Of a DNA stretch of 64,000 nt, positions 37,466-47,032 are shown piece after piece. Under the pieces are notes generated by a model that worked only from the letters and a program-made list of their open reading frames with translations, had not been told where the DNA came from and searched no databases. The DNA is taken from the IMG/VR virus record IMGVR_UViG_3300018475_001996, positions 1-64,000 of that record. One strand, given 5' to 3'. The DNA comes from an uncultured virus (IMG/VR IMGVR_UViG_3300018475_001996) (Duplodnaviria; Heunggongvirae; Uroviricota; Caudoviricetes). How positions within the stretch are numbered: the first letter of the stretch is position 1; every line of letters starts with the position of its first letter. A program made the translations under genes and the position numbers.

Positions 37466-37822
37466 TTAGTCATTGAAATACTTCATAAGTTGCTGAACCA
37501 TATAGTCAATCGGCTTATCAAGCTGATTTTCTTCTGCATCAACACACTTCTGATAAAATGCTTCTTTATAATACTTGGACTTTTCCTTGAAACAAAGTTC
37601 ATAAAGTTCATTTACCAACTTGTAACGATGCATCTTACCCTTTTCTTCGATACGGGAATGACCTATAAGATAGTTCAAGCTACGCTTGAGCTTTTTCGGC
37701 TTTTCAGCCAGACATTCCTTGAGATAATATGCACACTGTTGATATTGCTGGCATGTAAGATAACGACCGATGGTTTCATTAATGGTATGATCCGGCCCGA
37801 AAAGCTGTTGAAAAAGACCCAT
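37466..37822 (-). CDS. hypothetical protein between pncA and pncB
   Basis: Likely start MGLFQ overlapping the pncA stop. Confidence 0.5.
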   Translation of the reverse strand: MGLFQQLFGPDHTINETIGRYLTCQQYQQCAYYLKECLAEKPKKLKRSLNYLIGHSRIEEKGKMHRYKLVNELYELCFKEKSKYYKEAFYQKCVDAEENQLDKPIDYMVQQLMKYFND

Positions 37823-38421
37823 TATGCAGCCTCGCGGAGAATGGTGATTTGACACTGATGCATAACCTTAAGAGCCGCTTCATGGAGCTCAGGAGTACAA
37901 CCAGCACAACAATTTTCGACAACAGTAATCTTCATATTCGGGAAAATTGCACGAAGCATAAGGGCGTTAGAAACAACGCAAATATCCGTACAGAAACCGA
38001 AGATTTCAATTTCGTCAAATTCGAAGTCCTTGAGATAATCCTTCCAGCCAGTCCAGCCAAAAGTATACTTATCAATAGCAAAGAACTTCTTCTGACCATT
38101 TGCATTCTTTTCATTAAGAACTTCAAGCAATTCAGGATGGATTTCCCAGCCTTCAGTAAGCTTGATACAGTGAGCAGGAAGATCTGCAAACTTGTGTTCA
38201 TAGGAATTTTCGTAAACAATTCCTTCTGCAGGCGGCCAGTTGCTTTCAACTTGAATCTTGTTGAAATGCGTATCATGGGTAGCAATAGTTACGCCATCAT
38301 GATTACGAATACGTGCCTTGAGATTAGGAAGTCGCTTAATCGCGTCTTCATTACGCAGAACGCCATCAATAAAGTCCTTCTGCCCGTCAATTAAAACTTG
38401 TAACTTTTTTGTCTTAATCAT
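37822..38421 (-). CDS. pncA: nicotinamidase (isochorismatase family)
   Basis: IDGQKDF, THDTH, HC, KYTF and GFCTDICV motifs. Confidence 0.88.
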   Translation of the reverse strand: MIKTKKLQVLIDGQKDFIDGVLRNEDAIKRLPNLKARIRNHDGVTIATHDTHFNKIQVESNWPPAEGIVYENSYEHKFADLPAHCIKLTEGWEIHPELLEVLNEKNANGQKKFFAIDKYTFGWTGWKDYLKDFEFDEIEIFGFCTDICVVSNALMLRAIFPNMKITVVENCCAGCTPELHEAALKVMHQCQITILREAA

Positions 38422-38441
38422 AATCTATTTCCTTTTAAATT

Positions 38442-38843
38442 TTAAAACTGAAACTTTTCTAAATCACCATACTTTTCACGAAGTTTTACATACAATGCAC
38501 GTTCTTCAGCTGCTTTCTTTCCTGCTTCAGCACGTTCTTTATCAAGTGATTCCTTTTCCTTTTTCATATATGCGGCAAATTTATCATTTGGCATAGCTAA
38601 ATACTTAAGTTCAATTCGATAAGGGATATTAAGATTATCCGCTGTATAATGACTATACATCCTGCAATCAATACAGCCTTCTGAATTTACAGAAATATCA
38701 CTAAAACGAACTTCTTTCTTTTCTGAAAGCTTAAAGGTATTTCCACCGTAAACATCATCAAGAACAGGGACAATACGTCTCAATTCTTGTTCAATTTTTT
38801 CAGAAATATCAGAGAATTTTTCAAGGTCTTCTTTAGAAATCAT
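38442..38843 (-). CDS. hypothetical protein
   Basis: ORF with AGGA RBS. Confidence 0.55.
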   Translation of the reverse strand: MISKEDLEKFSDISEKIEQELRRIVPVLDDVYGGNTFKLSEKKEVRFSDISVNSEGCIDCRMYSHYTADNLNIPYRIELKYLAMPNDKFAAYMKKEKESLDKERAEAGKKAAEERALYVKLREKYGDLEKFQF

Positions 38844-38846
38844 ATT

Positions 38847-39209
38847 TTATTTTCCTTTATTTTTCTTGTCAATGAGAATCGCCTTGACTTTGGCAATAAA
38901 TTCTTCTTCTGTAATTTCTTCCCAAGTAGTTGTATCTACGAAAATCCACGGCTCGTCGTACTGACGGACCATAACCCACTGGCTTCCATTCTTTACAGGT
39001 GTTTCTTTAGGAGTAATCGCAACATACGGCTTACGATTATGATATTCAGGCATAAGTCCCTGATGTAAGTCAATAAGAGCGGGATGTTCTTCATTGGCCG
39101 CAACTACATTAGTCTTCAGAATAGATCTGAACTTTACTTTTTCAGGCAGGTCCAAATGTTTACGTAAATATTCTTCCGCTTCGATGAAATCACTGAATAC
39201 TATTTTCAT
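38847..39209 (-). CDS. hypothetical protein
   Basis: Likely start MKIVF after a promoter. Confidence 0.5.
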   Translation of the reverse strand: MKIVFSDFIEAEEYLRKHLDLPEKVKFRSILKTNVVAANEEHPALIDLHQGLMPEYHNRKPYVAITPKETPVKNGSQWVMVRQYDEPWIFVDTTTWEEITEEEFIAKVKAILIDKKNKGK

Positions 39210-39277
39210 GCGATATAATATAGTAAAAAGGTTTAACTTTGTAAATAGTTTTATCGTAAAAAAGTTATAAATACTAT

Positions 39278-39634
39278 ATGAGATACGATTTTGCACATCC
39301 AAAATTTAGAAATGGCATGGTTACTTTCGATGAAAAGAAGCCAGATTTACTTTATGAATTCCGTATTGCTGCCTCCCGCCGCAAATATGTTTTACGACAG
39401 GACATGTATCTTTACGATAATAACGGCGAAAAAATGGCAAAAGTCGAAAATTATGGAAACATGCTTTTAGTTACTATGCTTAACAATTCCGACATGGGTT
39501 CGCATCGTCTTCGTACAAAGAGAGACATTGAAGAATTCTTTAGCATATATGAAAGTGTAGAACCAAGTTCCGAATATATGTCTCTAAATGAGGCTAAGCA
39601 AATTCTGGCAGATAACGGATATACTCTTATTTAA
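39278..39634 (+). CDS. hypothetical protein on the plus strand behind a T4-late-like TATAAATA box
   Basis: TATAAATA ends ~4 nt before the ATG; bidirectional hairpin at 39639-39662. Confidence 0.6.
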   Translation: MRYDFAHPKFRNGMVTFDEKKPDLLYEFRIAASRRKYVLRQDMYLYDNNGEKMAKVENYGNMLLVTMLNNSDMGSHRLRTKRDIEEFFSIYESVEPSSEYMSLNEAKQILADNGYTLI

Positions 39635-39661
39635 AATAAAAACCGACATTAAGTCGGTTTT

Positions 39662-39988
39662 TTAGTCTAAATACTCAAGTGCTCGTTCAGTTTCAAAATT
39701 ATTATATCTCGCAACAAACTTACTATAATTAATATTTGGATCCGCCAGTTGTTTAAACATGAAATTAACAGGTTCTTCGTCTAAATGCCAATGCCAGATA
39801 ATAATTATATCGTTTGTATCATGAGCATTTATAATATCTGTATAATCTTCTGTATTTTTTATAAAGAAATCATTTAATTCATATGTGTCCCAAGCGTCTT
39901 TATACTGCTTAAGACCCATAGCTTCCATTCTATTGACAAGTGCTGATATATTTGGGAATGTTTTTTGATATTCTTCAGGTACTGGCAT
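39662..39988 (-). CDS. hypothetical protein
   Basis: ORF in operon. Confidence 0.5.
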   Translation of the reverse strand: MPVPEEYQKTFPNISALVNRMEAMGLKQYKDAWDTYELNDFFIKNTEDYTDIINAHDTNDIIIIWHWHLDEEPVNFMFKQLADPNINYSKFVARYNNFETERALEYLD

Positions 39989-40221
39989 TATTTTTTAACC
40001 TTTACGGTTTTGCCATCTGCAGAAATATCCAGCAATCTGCGATTATCATAGAAATAAACTCTTATGAATTTCTTTCCTGTATAATCTTGCTTATATTCCC
40101 ACTTTTTGGCGTCGTTAATTATTTGTTCGTAACAAAAATTAGGATTGCAGATTTCTAAGACTAAAGGTTTCGAAATACAAAGTCCAAATAAAACTAAAAC
40201 ATAAAAAATAAATTTCTTCAT
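39988..40221 (-). CDS. small exported protein
   Basis: Signal-peptide-like N-terminus. Confidence 0.5.
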   Translation of the reverse strand: MKKFIFYVLVLFGLCISKPLVLEICNPNFCYEQIINDAKKWEYKQDYTGKKFIRVYFYDNRRLLDISADGKTVKVKK

Positions 40222-40233
40222 GTTTTATTTATG

Positions 40234-40569
40234 TTATTCGAGAACATATTCCTTGCCGTTAATCTTCATCGTTTGTTTCTTTGGCGGATCGTCTTCTTTT
40301 ACCTTTTGGCCTGTCTGTGTATATTCATATTTTACAGTATCAATGATTACGGAATAACCGCTATATTTTTCTGGATTTTTTATATCCTTCATATCGCTGT
40401 GGGCAGTAATTGCACCAAAACATGGGCCAAGTGCATCTTCTGAGAATTTGTCAACCACATTTACATGTGTTAATAATGGTGTAAGCATCAATAAAATACC
40501 GATCATAATAACGCCAAAAACAAAATCCAAGGCTTCACCTGTTGTATTAATATATGGTTTCTTATCCAT
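40234..40569 (-). CDS. membrane protein
   Basis: One TM segment, GGAG RBS. Confidence 0.55.
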   Translation of the reverse strand: MDKKPYINTTGEALDFVFGVIMIGILLMLTPLLTHVNVVDKFSEDALGPCFGAITAHSDMKDIKNPEKYSGYSVIIDTVKYEYTQTGQKVKEDDPPKKQTMKINGKEYVLE

Positions 40570-40577
40570 GATAACTC

Positions 40578-40955
40578 CTACTTCTGTTCCAATAATTGGT
40601 TAAACTTTGCCAATGTATCGTTTTTATCTTTCTTAACAATCGGTTTCTTCTTTCTGAAACTAACCATACAATTATACAAAAAGATTCCTAAATTTGTAAA
40701 TACTGGAAAGTGGGTAAAAACACCCATAATAATAAAATATGGTACTGTAACTACAACCATATTAAATACTGACCACCCGAGATAACATACCCATGAATGT
40801 CGGTGCGCAAAATAATAATGATCGGTTACAATAACTGCCTCATCATGGAAGTACATCCATATACATGTAGCAGCAACCGATATAACAATACAAAAAATAA
40901 GTTCTCGAACCAGAACGTTCCATTCTTCAAGGCAATCGAGTTCTCTGAATGTCAT
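40578..40955 (-). CDS. membrane protein
   Basis: Two to three TM segments, AGGAG RBS. Confidence 0.55.
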   Translation of the reverse strand: MTFRELDCLEEWNVLVRELIFCIVISVAATCIWMYFHDEAVIVTDHYYFAHRHSWVCYLGWSVFNMVVVTVPYFIIMGVFTHFPVFTNLGIFLYNCMVSFRKKKPIVKKDKNDTLAKFNQLLEQK

Positions 40956-41015
40956 TATAACTCCTTATTACATAGGCAATATAGAAAAAGGTTGACTTAA
41001 CGTCAACCCTTATTT

Positions 41016-42341
41016 TTATACCAAGTCGATAAACTTAGTGTAACATTTATAAGCGCTTTTAATATCGTCTACATGAGCAAGTTCCATAGGCGAATGCATA
41101 TTCAGAATCGGAACACCTGCGTCAATAACGTTCATATTGTAGCTGCAGTAAATACTTGCGATTGTTCCGCCGCCGCCTTGGTCAACCTTACCCATTTCGT
41201 CGAACTGGAAGAGTTCACCATCAAACTGGTTACGAAGTTTTGCAATATATTCAGGAGTAGCGTCATTGGAACCAGCCTTACCACGTGCTCCATTGTACTT
41301 GCTGAGCATCATACCATAACCGAGCTTTGCAGAAGCATGCTTAGAATAAGCATCAGCATAAAGCGGGTCATAAGCGGCCGTAACATCAGAAGAAAGCATA
41401 TTCGAATTTTCTAAAGTATTACGGAACATTTCAAATACACCGTGATCCGTATAAACGGTGCGAGTCATCATCTTGTAAAGGCAGGTTTCGAACCAACTGG
41501 AATCTGCACCAGTATTGCTACAAGAACCAATTTCTTCCTTATCTACAAGAACGACACAAGCTGTATTATGCGGAATACCGGAATAATCAAGAACAGCACG
41601 AAGAGAAGTAAAAGCACAAACTCTGTCGTCCTGGCCGTAACCGGCGACAAGAGACTTATCCAAACCGCAATAAGAAGCCTTAGCTGCAGGTACAAGTTCA
41701 AGTTCAGCAGAATAAAAATCGTCTTCTTCGATATTGTAATTCTTCTTTAAAATATCCAGAACCAAATTCTTTGCAAGATTTTCAGATTCTTTCTTACCCT
41801 TTCGGATTTTCTTACTGACTACACCAGCGATAACATCGAGATTTTCACCCTTTACGAAGTCTTCTGCCTTCTGTGTAGACAGACGCTTTGAATCCAAATG
41901 TGGCAGCAAGTCAGTAATACAGAAAACCGGTTCATTATCATCTTCACCAAGTTTAATATAAATGGATGTTCCGTCTTTTCTAAAAACAACCCCATGAAGT
42001 GCAAGCGGAGTTGTAACCCATTGGTACTTCTTGATACCGCCATAGTAATGAGTATCGAAATAAGCGACATCATCCTTTTCTACAATGGCAGACTGTTTAA
42101 TATCAATTCTCGGAGAATCAATATGTGCACCAAGAATATTATATTCCTGATGTTCGCCTACAATAAATGCAGCAAAGTTCTTCTTTCGGTTAGTAAAATA
42201 GACCTTATCACCGGGCTGGTAAGTTTTATATGCGTCAAATAACTTAAAACCTTTTCGAATAGCAAGTTTTTCCGCTTCTGCCACACATTCACGTTCAGTC
42301 TTACATGTATTTAAAAAGTCGATATAATCATCAATTAGCAT
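41016..42341 (-). CDS. M18-family aminopeptidase
   Basis: AHIDSP, YYGGIKKYQW, GQDDRVC, DKEEIGS, SSDV and MHSPME motifs. Confidence 0.9.
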   Translation of the reverse strand: MLIDDYIDFLNTCKTERECVAEAEKLAIRKGFKLFDAYKTYQPGDKVYFTNRKKNFAAFIVGEHQEYNILGAHIDSPRIDIKQSAIVEKDDVAYFDTHYYGGIKKYQWVTTPLALHGVVFRKDGTSIYIKLGEDDNEPVFCITDLLPHLDSKRLSTQKAEDFVKGENLDVIAGVVSKKIRKGKKESENLAKNLVLDILKKNYNIEEDDFYSAELELVPAAKASYCGLDKSLVAGYGQDDRVCAFTSLRAVLDYSGIPHNTACVVLVDKEEIGSCSNTGADSSWFETCLYKMMTRTVYTDHGVFEMFRNTLENSNMLSSDVTAAYDPLYADAYSKHASAKLGYGMMLSKYNGARGKAGSNDATPEYIAKLRNQFDGELFQFDEMGKVDQGGGGTIASIYCSYNMNVIDAGVPILNMHSPMELAHVDDIKSAYKCYTKFIDLV

Positions 42342-42476
42342 CGTCGATTTCCTTCATAATGAAATTTCCATTAGCATCCAGCTTATAACGATAAACACGT
42401 TTTTCAGCGTCCCAAACTTCAAGGTATGTTATACCGTTATCTCTGTACTTGTCTTCTTTTTCTTTTTTCTTTGCCA

Positions 42477-42893
42477 TTATGCGTCAGCCTCCTGAATAAT
42501 AACCTTTAGCGGCTTTCCTGAGGCCTTAATTCTTTCGATATTACACTTGACACCGTAACTGATACCATTCCAGAAAGCAATAGCACCGTCACAGGCTTCA
42601 CACATGGCCTTATCTTTTACTTGATAAAAATCTTCACCGAATTTTCCTTGAGCTTGTTCCCATAAGGAAACTACATTCGGGAATTCACAGCGTCTAGGTG
42701 TTTCAGTAGAAGTATAAACCGTTACTCGGTCAAAACCGTGAGCTTTAAGATACTTCTGTGCAAGAATATCGACGCCATAGCAATCGCCTACAATAACTTG
42801 GACATCCTGTTTCATCAATTCATCCAAGCATGCCATCATTTCCGGGTTCAATTTCTTAATTTTCGAACTACCTGAGATAAAAACTGTTTTCAC
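42477..42893 (-). CDS. SLOG-superfamily protein
   Basis: VFISGS, VGDCYGVD and KDKAM...AFWNGxSxG motifs. Confidence 0.7.
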   Translation of the reverse strand: MKTVFISGSSKIKKLNPEMMACLDELMKQDVQVIVGDCYGVDILAQKYLKAHGFDRVTVYTSTETPRRCEFPNVVSLWEQAQGKFGEDFYQVKDKAMCEACDGAIAFWNGISYGVKCNIERIKASGKPLKVIIQEADA

Positions 42894-43195
42894 GATTCGC
42901 TCTCCTCGAATTTAAATTCAGGAACTACACCGTCTTGCTTAGCATATTCCATGATTTGTTTAAGTGCTTTATTGAAATCTTCCATTTCTTTATATTCCTG
43001 CCGGATAATACCAAGCTGGATAACATAATGGTCAGCATAGACTTCAATATAGTTGACATTATCAAAACGAACCGTCCACGCCCATGCACGGTTTTCATCA
43101 CCGAGATCAGACATGCCAATTACCTTATAAGGCAAGTCAGCCCATTCAATCATGTCAATGATATAGCTTACATCGTAATCGTAATAAGGCTTCAT
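42890..43195 (-). CDS. hypothetical protein
   Basis: ORF in operon. Confidence 0.5.
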   Translation of the reverse strand: MKPYYDYDVSYIIDMIEWADLPYKVIGMSDLGDENRAWAWTVRFDNVNYIEVYADHYVIQLGIIRQEYKEMEDFNKALKQIMEYAKQDGVVPEFKFEESES

Positions 43196-43413
43196 ACTAA
43201 TTTCCGGGAGCATTTCGGGCAGAATTCAATCTTATCTGAAGAAAACCAATGATAAATATCTTCATCTGAATAATTGGATGCTACAACATCTAAACTACTT
43301 ATACATATACGCCAACCATGTTCATCATCGTAATTTAAAAACATCTTGGTGCATTTAGAATTCGCAATCAGATTCTTTGCATTCTTCTTTCTACAATAAG
43401 GACATTGTTTCAT
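43192..43413 (-). CDS. small Zn-ribbon protein
   Basis: CPYC...IEFCPKCSRKL. Confidence 0.6.
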   Translation of the reverse strand: MKQCPYCRKKNAKNLIANSKCTKMFLNYDDEHGWRICISSLDVVASNYSDEDIYHWFSSDKIEFCPKCSRKLV

Positions 43414-43760
43414 AGTCTTTTACCGCATTTTGGACAAAAATCAATATATGCACTTCCATAACAAGAAGCTGCAATATCACCTTTCACAATAGACATAATA
43501 AAATATAGTCCAGTTTCAGACTCTTTAGCCACTCTTTGCTCAAAAACATCTGATAAACTGAAATTCTCTCCACATGACATACCGTAAAGAGTTTCGGACA
43601 TAGTACAACAAGGACAAACCTTCTTGCTTATATTTCCGGCCTTCGGATGAACATGTACTTTCATGACATGATGAGTCGGATATTTTTCGTCGTGTACTTC
43701 AATCATACTAGCAGATATTAGTTCTGATAAACCAGTCAATGGCTTGGAAGCTGTCAGCAT
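43410..43760 (-). CDS. small Zn-ribbon protein, paralog of its neighbour
   Basis: CPCC...IDFCPKCGKRL. Confidence 0.55.
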   Translation of the reverse strand: MLTASKPLTGLSELISASMIEVHDEKYPTHHVMKVHVHPKAGNISKKVCPCCTMSETLYGMSCGENFSLSDVFEQRVAKESETGLYFIMSIVKGDIAASCYGSAYIDFCPKCGKRL

Positions 43761-43913
43761 TAGTTACCTTGTTTCCCAGTCCGTCATAAACATAAAAGCA
43801 CGGACGATTAAGCATAAGATTATACTGTTCGATACGGTACGGAATTTTGCCTACGTTAACGCCGACAATCTTACCGTTATCGTCATGGACATATTCGATT
43901 TTCTTCTTAAACA

Positions 43914-44729
43914 TTATACACCACACATTTTTACAAAGTCTTCTTCAGAAATAAGGGTAGTACCTTGTTTTCTGGCCTTCTGAGCCTTACTGGAAGTAGA
44001 ATTCGGATCGGCGAGCACGAGGAAGTTTGTAGTTTTCTTCATCGTTTCATCGACGACACCGCCATTCTTTTCAACCAATTCCCAAAGTTCCTTACGAGGA
44101 CGAGATGCGGCACCGGTGAAACAGAAAGACTGACCGTTAAGAACACCAGCGACAAGAGCCTTCGGTACAAGAATAGTGATATACTTCAAAGTTTCACGCA
44201 TATCGGATTCGAGCGCCTTCAGACCAGCCTTGAGCTTATCGGACGTAATTTGGCCCACACCTTCGCAAATATAATCATTACAGCTGATGAACTCATCAAA
44301 TGTAGTCAATTTCTTTGCATCGATAATCCTCTGGACGATTCTTTCACCCAGGCCTGATATGTTATAGCCTGAAATAAATTGAGCCAATGTGGCTTGTTTA
44401 TGGGCTTCTATTTGAGCCTTAATGACTTCAGCCGAACGTTTACCGAAACCTTCGAGGTTTTCAATCTTCTTATAGTCAATTTTGTAAAGATCCGAAATTG
44501 TAGCGAACACGCCAGCATCATAGAGAGTTTCAATGGTAGTCAACCCGAGTTCCATAATCTGAAGTTTTTCAGTCCATTTCGAAAGGCGACCTGAAAACTT
44601 GCTCTTGCACAATTCGTTAGTGCAATAGAACTGCTTATGATTTTCAGAAATTGCCAATTCACCGCCACAAATAGGGCAAACGGTCGGCATATTCCAGTTA
44701 TGAAGGCGGGCTAAAGTCTTAACGTCCAT
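43914..44729 (-). CDS. C-terminal half of NAD-dependent DNA ligase (Zn finger, HhH, BRCT)
   Basis: PTVCPICG..YCTNELC, LEGFGKRSA and GQSFCFTG...SSKAQKA motifs; no KxDG adenylation domain. Confidence 0.85.
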   Translation of the reverse strand: MDVKTLARLHNWNMPTVCPICGGELAISENHKQFYCTNELCKSKFSGRLSKWTEKLQIMELGLTTIETLYDAGVFATISDLYKIDYKKIENLEGFGKRSAEVIKAQIEAHKQATLAQFISGYNISGLGERIVQRIIDAKKLTTFDEFISCNDYICEGVGQITSDKLKAGLKALESDMRETLKYITILVPKALVAGVLNGQSFCFTGAASRPRKELWELVEKNGGVVDETMKKTTNFLVLADPNSTSSKAQKARKQGTTLISEEDFVKMCGV

Positions 44730-44783
44730 TGTAATCTCCAATTTATGACTACAATATAGTATTTTTGTGTCTGTTTGTCAATG

Positions 44784-45047
44784 CTAAATAAACATATAAT
44801 TTTGCTCGAACGATTCAGATGCTTCCATGCTTTCGCAAACCTGAATTTTCGTGGCTACGAGTCTCCAGCCGTATTTACCGCATTTTTCAGTGGCGAAATC
44901 GGTAGCTATAGCCTTATCTGTCCAGCATAATACGTTTTCGTCAAGTTTTGTCTGATATGTATTATATTTGGTAGGAAATACTGGTTCATTCGGAAAATCA
45001 AACTGAATAGTCCATTCAATTTCCTTTTTATAAGTCTTACATGTCAT
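44784..45047 (-). CDS. hypothetical protein
   Basis: ORF in operon. Confidence 0.5.
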   Translation of the reverse strand: MTCKTYKKEIEWTIQFDFPNEPVFPTKYNTYQTKLDENVLCWTDKAIATDFATEKCGKYGWRLVATKIQVCESMEASESFEQNYMFI

Positions 45048-45292
45048 CTTGAATTACCTTTTCTGAAAATTCTTCAAGTTTATCCAAACTTTTCTCAGCA
45101 GCTACACGTTCTTCTGTAACTACGTCAGTATCAAATCTGTCAAGATGGAGCATGGCCCTAGCCAATTCGGCAGCCGGAAACATTTCCATCATCGTTTTCG
45201 GTTTTTCTTTATTGTCTTCATCCATAATAATATAATATAGTAAAATAAAAGGGCCCGATTGGACCCTTTTATTTATTTGTTCTGAAAAACAA

Positions 45293-46486
45293 CTACACAT
45301 CGTCTTCGTCTTCAGCGAGAATATCACCATCGAGTTCATCGAGGTTGGCACCAGTACGGTTAACCATAGCGATACCAGTGTTTTCACTGAGGTCTTCATA
45401 ACCTGCATTCATAAGAGCGAGAACGTCTTCGTTTGCGTTGATAAGTACCTGTTCTTCGAATGCGAACTTGGATTCTACATAGTGTCTGAATGTTTCATCC
45501 TTATAGAGAGGAATCCAGAATTTAGCACAATAGAGTTCTTCTTCCTTCCACATTCTTTCCGGCTTACCAAGTTCACCAGTTTCCGGGTCAACCTTGGCGT
45601 CGTAACCGACACGAGCATAATATCCAGGCTTCGGCTTGTAAACTACGCCACATTCCATGGCTTCGTCCAAAAGACCGTAGTAAGGAGATACACCACCTGC
45701 ATGGAGAATAAGATACTTGGTTTTGACGAATTCCTTAGCGGAACGACCCTTAGCGACAGCACAGGTAACAACCTTACCAAGAACATTCTTGCCCTTGTCA
45801 CGTTCCTTCTTAGAAGAGTAACCGAGAACAATACCGTCAGCGTTGAATATGATACGCATACCACCAGGAATCTTATACGGGTCGCCGAACATTTCAAGAG
45901 AAGCATAGACGTGGTTCATAACGAGAGTTGTAAATCCACCGCTCAAAATAATGTTTGCGAGCTCGTTCTTGAACTTTGCGGAAGACATGTTAACAGCGGA
46001 ACTTCCCTGTTGTGCCTTTTCAAGAACCTGGTCTTCAATAATCGGACCCCAGGAGTCAAACAATACGAAAGTATTGCGACGTTGCTGAAGCGATCCGCAT
46101 TGAGCCGAAAGCTTTGCAATAAATTGTTTAATCTTCGGAATACTGTTTGTAGGACCGTGGACACCGACTTCATCCATGTTAATTCCGAGCTTCGTAAGAA
46201 GGTCATAGTTAACGGAGTTTTCAGTATCGACAATGAAGCAGTCCATACCAGAATCCTGTGCAGCCTTAAGAACAGAATAACCAATCATAGATTTACCCCA
46301 GCCGGAACCGGCCGCAATCATACTAATTGAACCCTTCTTAATACCGCCCTTGATTTTACCAGAAAGAACCAGATTAACCGAAATACAGTTCGTACTGAGC
46401 CATTCCACCGGAATTCGCTCGGTATGGAGAAGATCGGCCAAATCCTTATCCTTCTTCATTTTTGCAAGAAGCATGTTTTTTGCCAT
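45293..46486 (-). CDS. uvsX: UvsX/RecA-like recombinase
   Basis: STNCISVNLVLSG, AGSGWGKS, DTE, FDSWG, NHVY and PGG motifs. Confidence 0.88.
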   Translation of the reverse strand: MAKNMLLAKMKKDKDLADLLHTERIPVEWLSTNCISVNLVLSGKIKGGIKKGSISMIAAGSGWGKSMIGYSVLKAAQDSGMDCFIVDTENSVNYDLLTKLGINMDEVGVHGPTNSIPKIKQFIAKLSAQCGSLQQRRNTFVLFDSWGPIIEDQVLEKAQQGSSAVNMSSAKFKNELANIILSGGFTTLVMNHVYASLEMFGDPYKIPGGMRIIFNADGIVLGYSSKKERDKGKNVLGKVVTCAVAKGRSAKEFVKTKYLILHAGGVSPYYGLLDEAMECGVVYKPKPGYYARVGYDAKVDPETGELGKPERMWKEEELYCAKFWIPLYKDETFRHYVESKFAFEEQVLINANEDVLALMNAGYEDLSENTGIAMVNRTGANLDELDGDILAEDEDDV

Positions 46487-46654
46487 GTTTTACCTATTAT
46501 TTTATTTTGTCATCGAATTTGTCATCATTGAGCTTTAATTGACTAACGCACTTCTGAATCGCCCTTTTCATTGTACTTTTACTGTTAGTCAGAATATTTA
46601 TAATATAGAAAAAATGGTAAACTTTCGTTTACCATTTTAATTTTTATTCCGATT

Positions 46655-47020
46655 TTATCGACCGAGGAACTCATTGAGAACTTCACCTTCCGACGGATAT
46701 AAATCGCGGTACGGATTGTGATATTCATTCTTTTGTTTTACAAATTCGTTCTTCTCAGCCTTTTCGACAACGAAATCCTTATCTACCTTGACAGCCGGAG
46801 TTTCAAGAATTTCCTTGGATTCCTTAATCTGTTTCGGTTGAATCAAAGCTTCAGCAGCCTTAGGCTTTGATGATTCGTTAATCTGCGGATTCGGAGTTTC
46901 AGAAGAGTGAGCAGCTTCATATTCCTTAAGCTTGGTCTTATGCTTTGTCCACATATGAGAACCGAGCTTCATACGGTTTTCAAAAGTCTCACCGCAAATA
47001 GGGCAAATTACTTGATCCAT
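46655..47020 (-). CDS. C2H2 zinc-finger protein
   Basis: CPICGETF...LGSHMWTKH. Confidence 0.65.
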   Translation of the reverse strand: MDQVICPICGETFENRMKLGSHMWTKHKTKLKEYEAAHSSETPNPQINESSKPKAAEALIQPKQIKESKEILETPAVKVDKDFVVEKAEKNEFVKQKNEYHNPYRDLYPSEGEVLNEFLGR

Positions 47021-47032
47021 AGTCTACTCCAA

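Noticed and set aside
7059..46638. CRISPR array or REP/IS elements from the repeated GGTTGAC...GTCAACC palindromes
   Set aside because: Copies are dispersed singly at gene boundaries with no spacer periodicity or transposase; explained as terminator/promoter modules.
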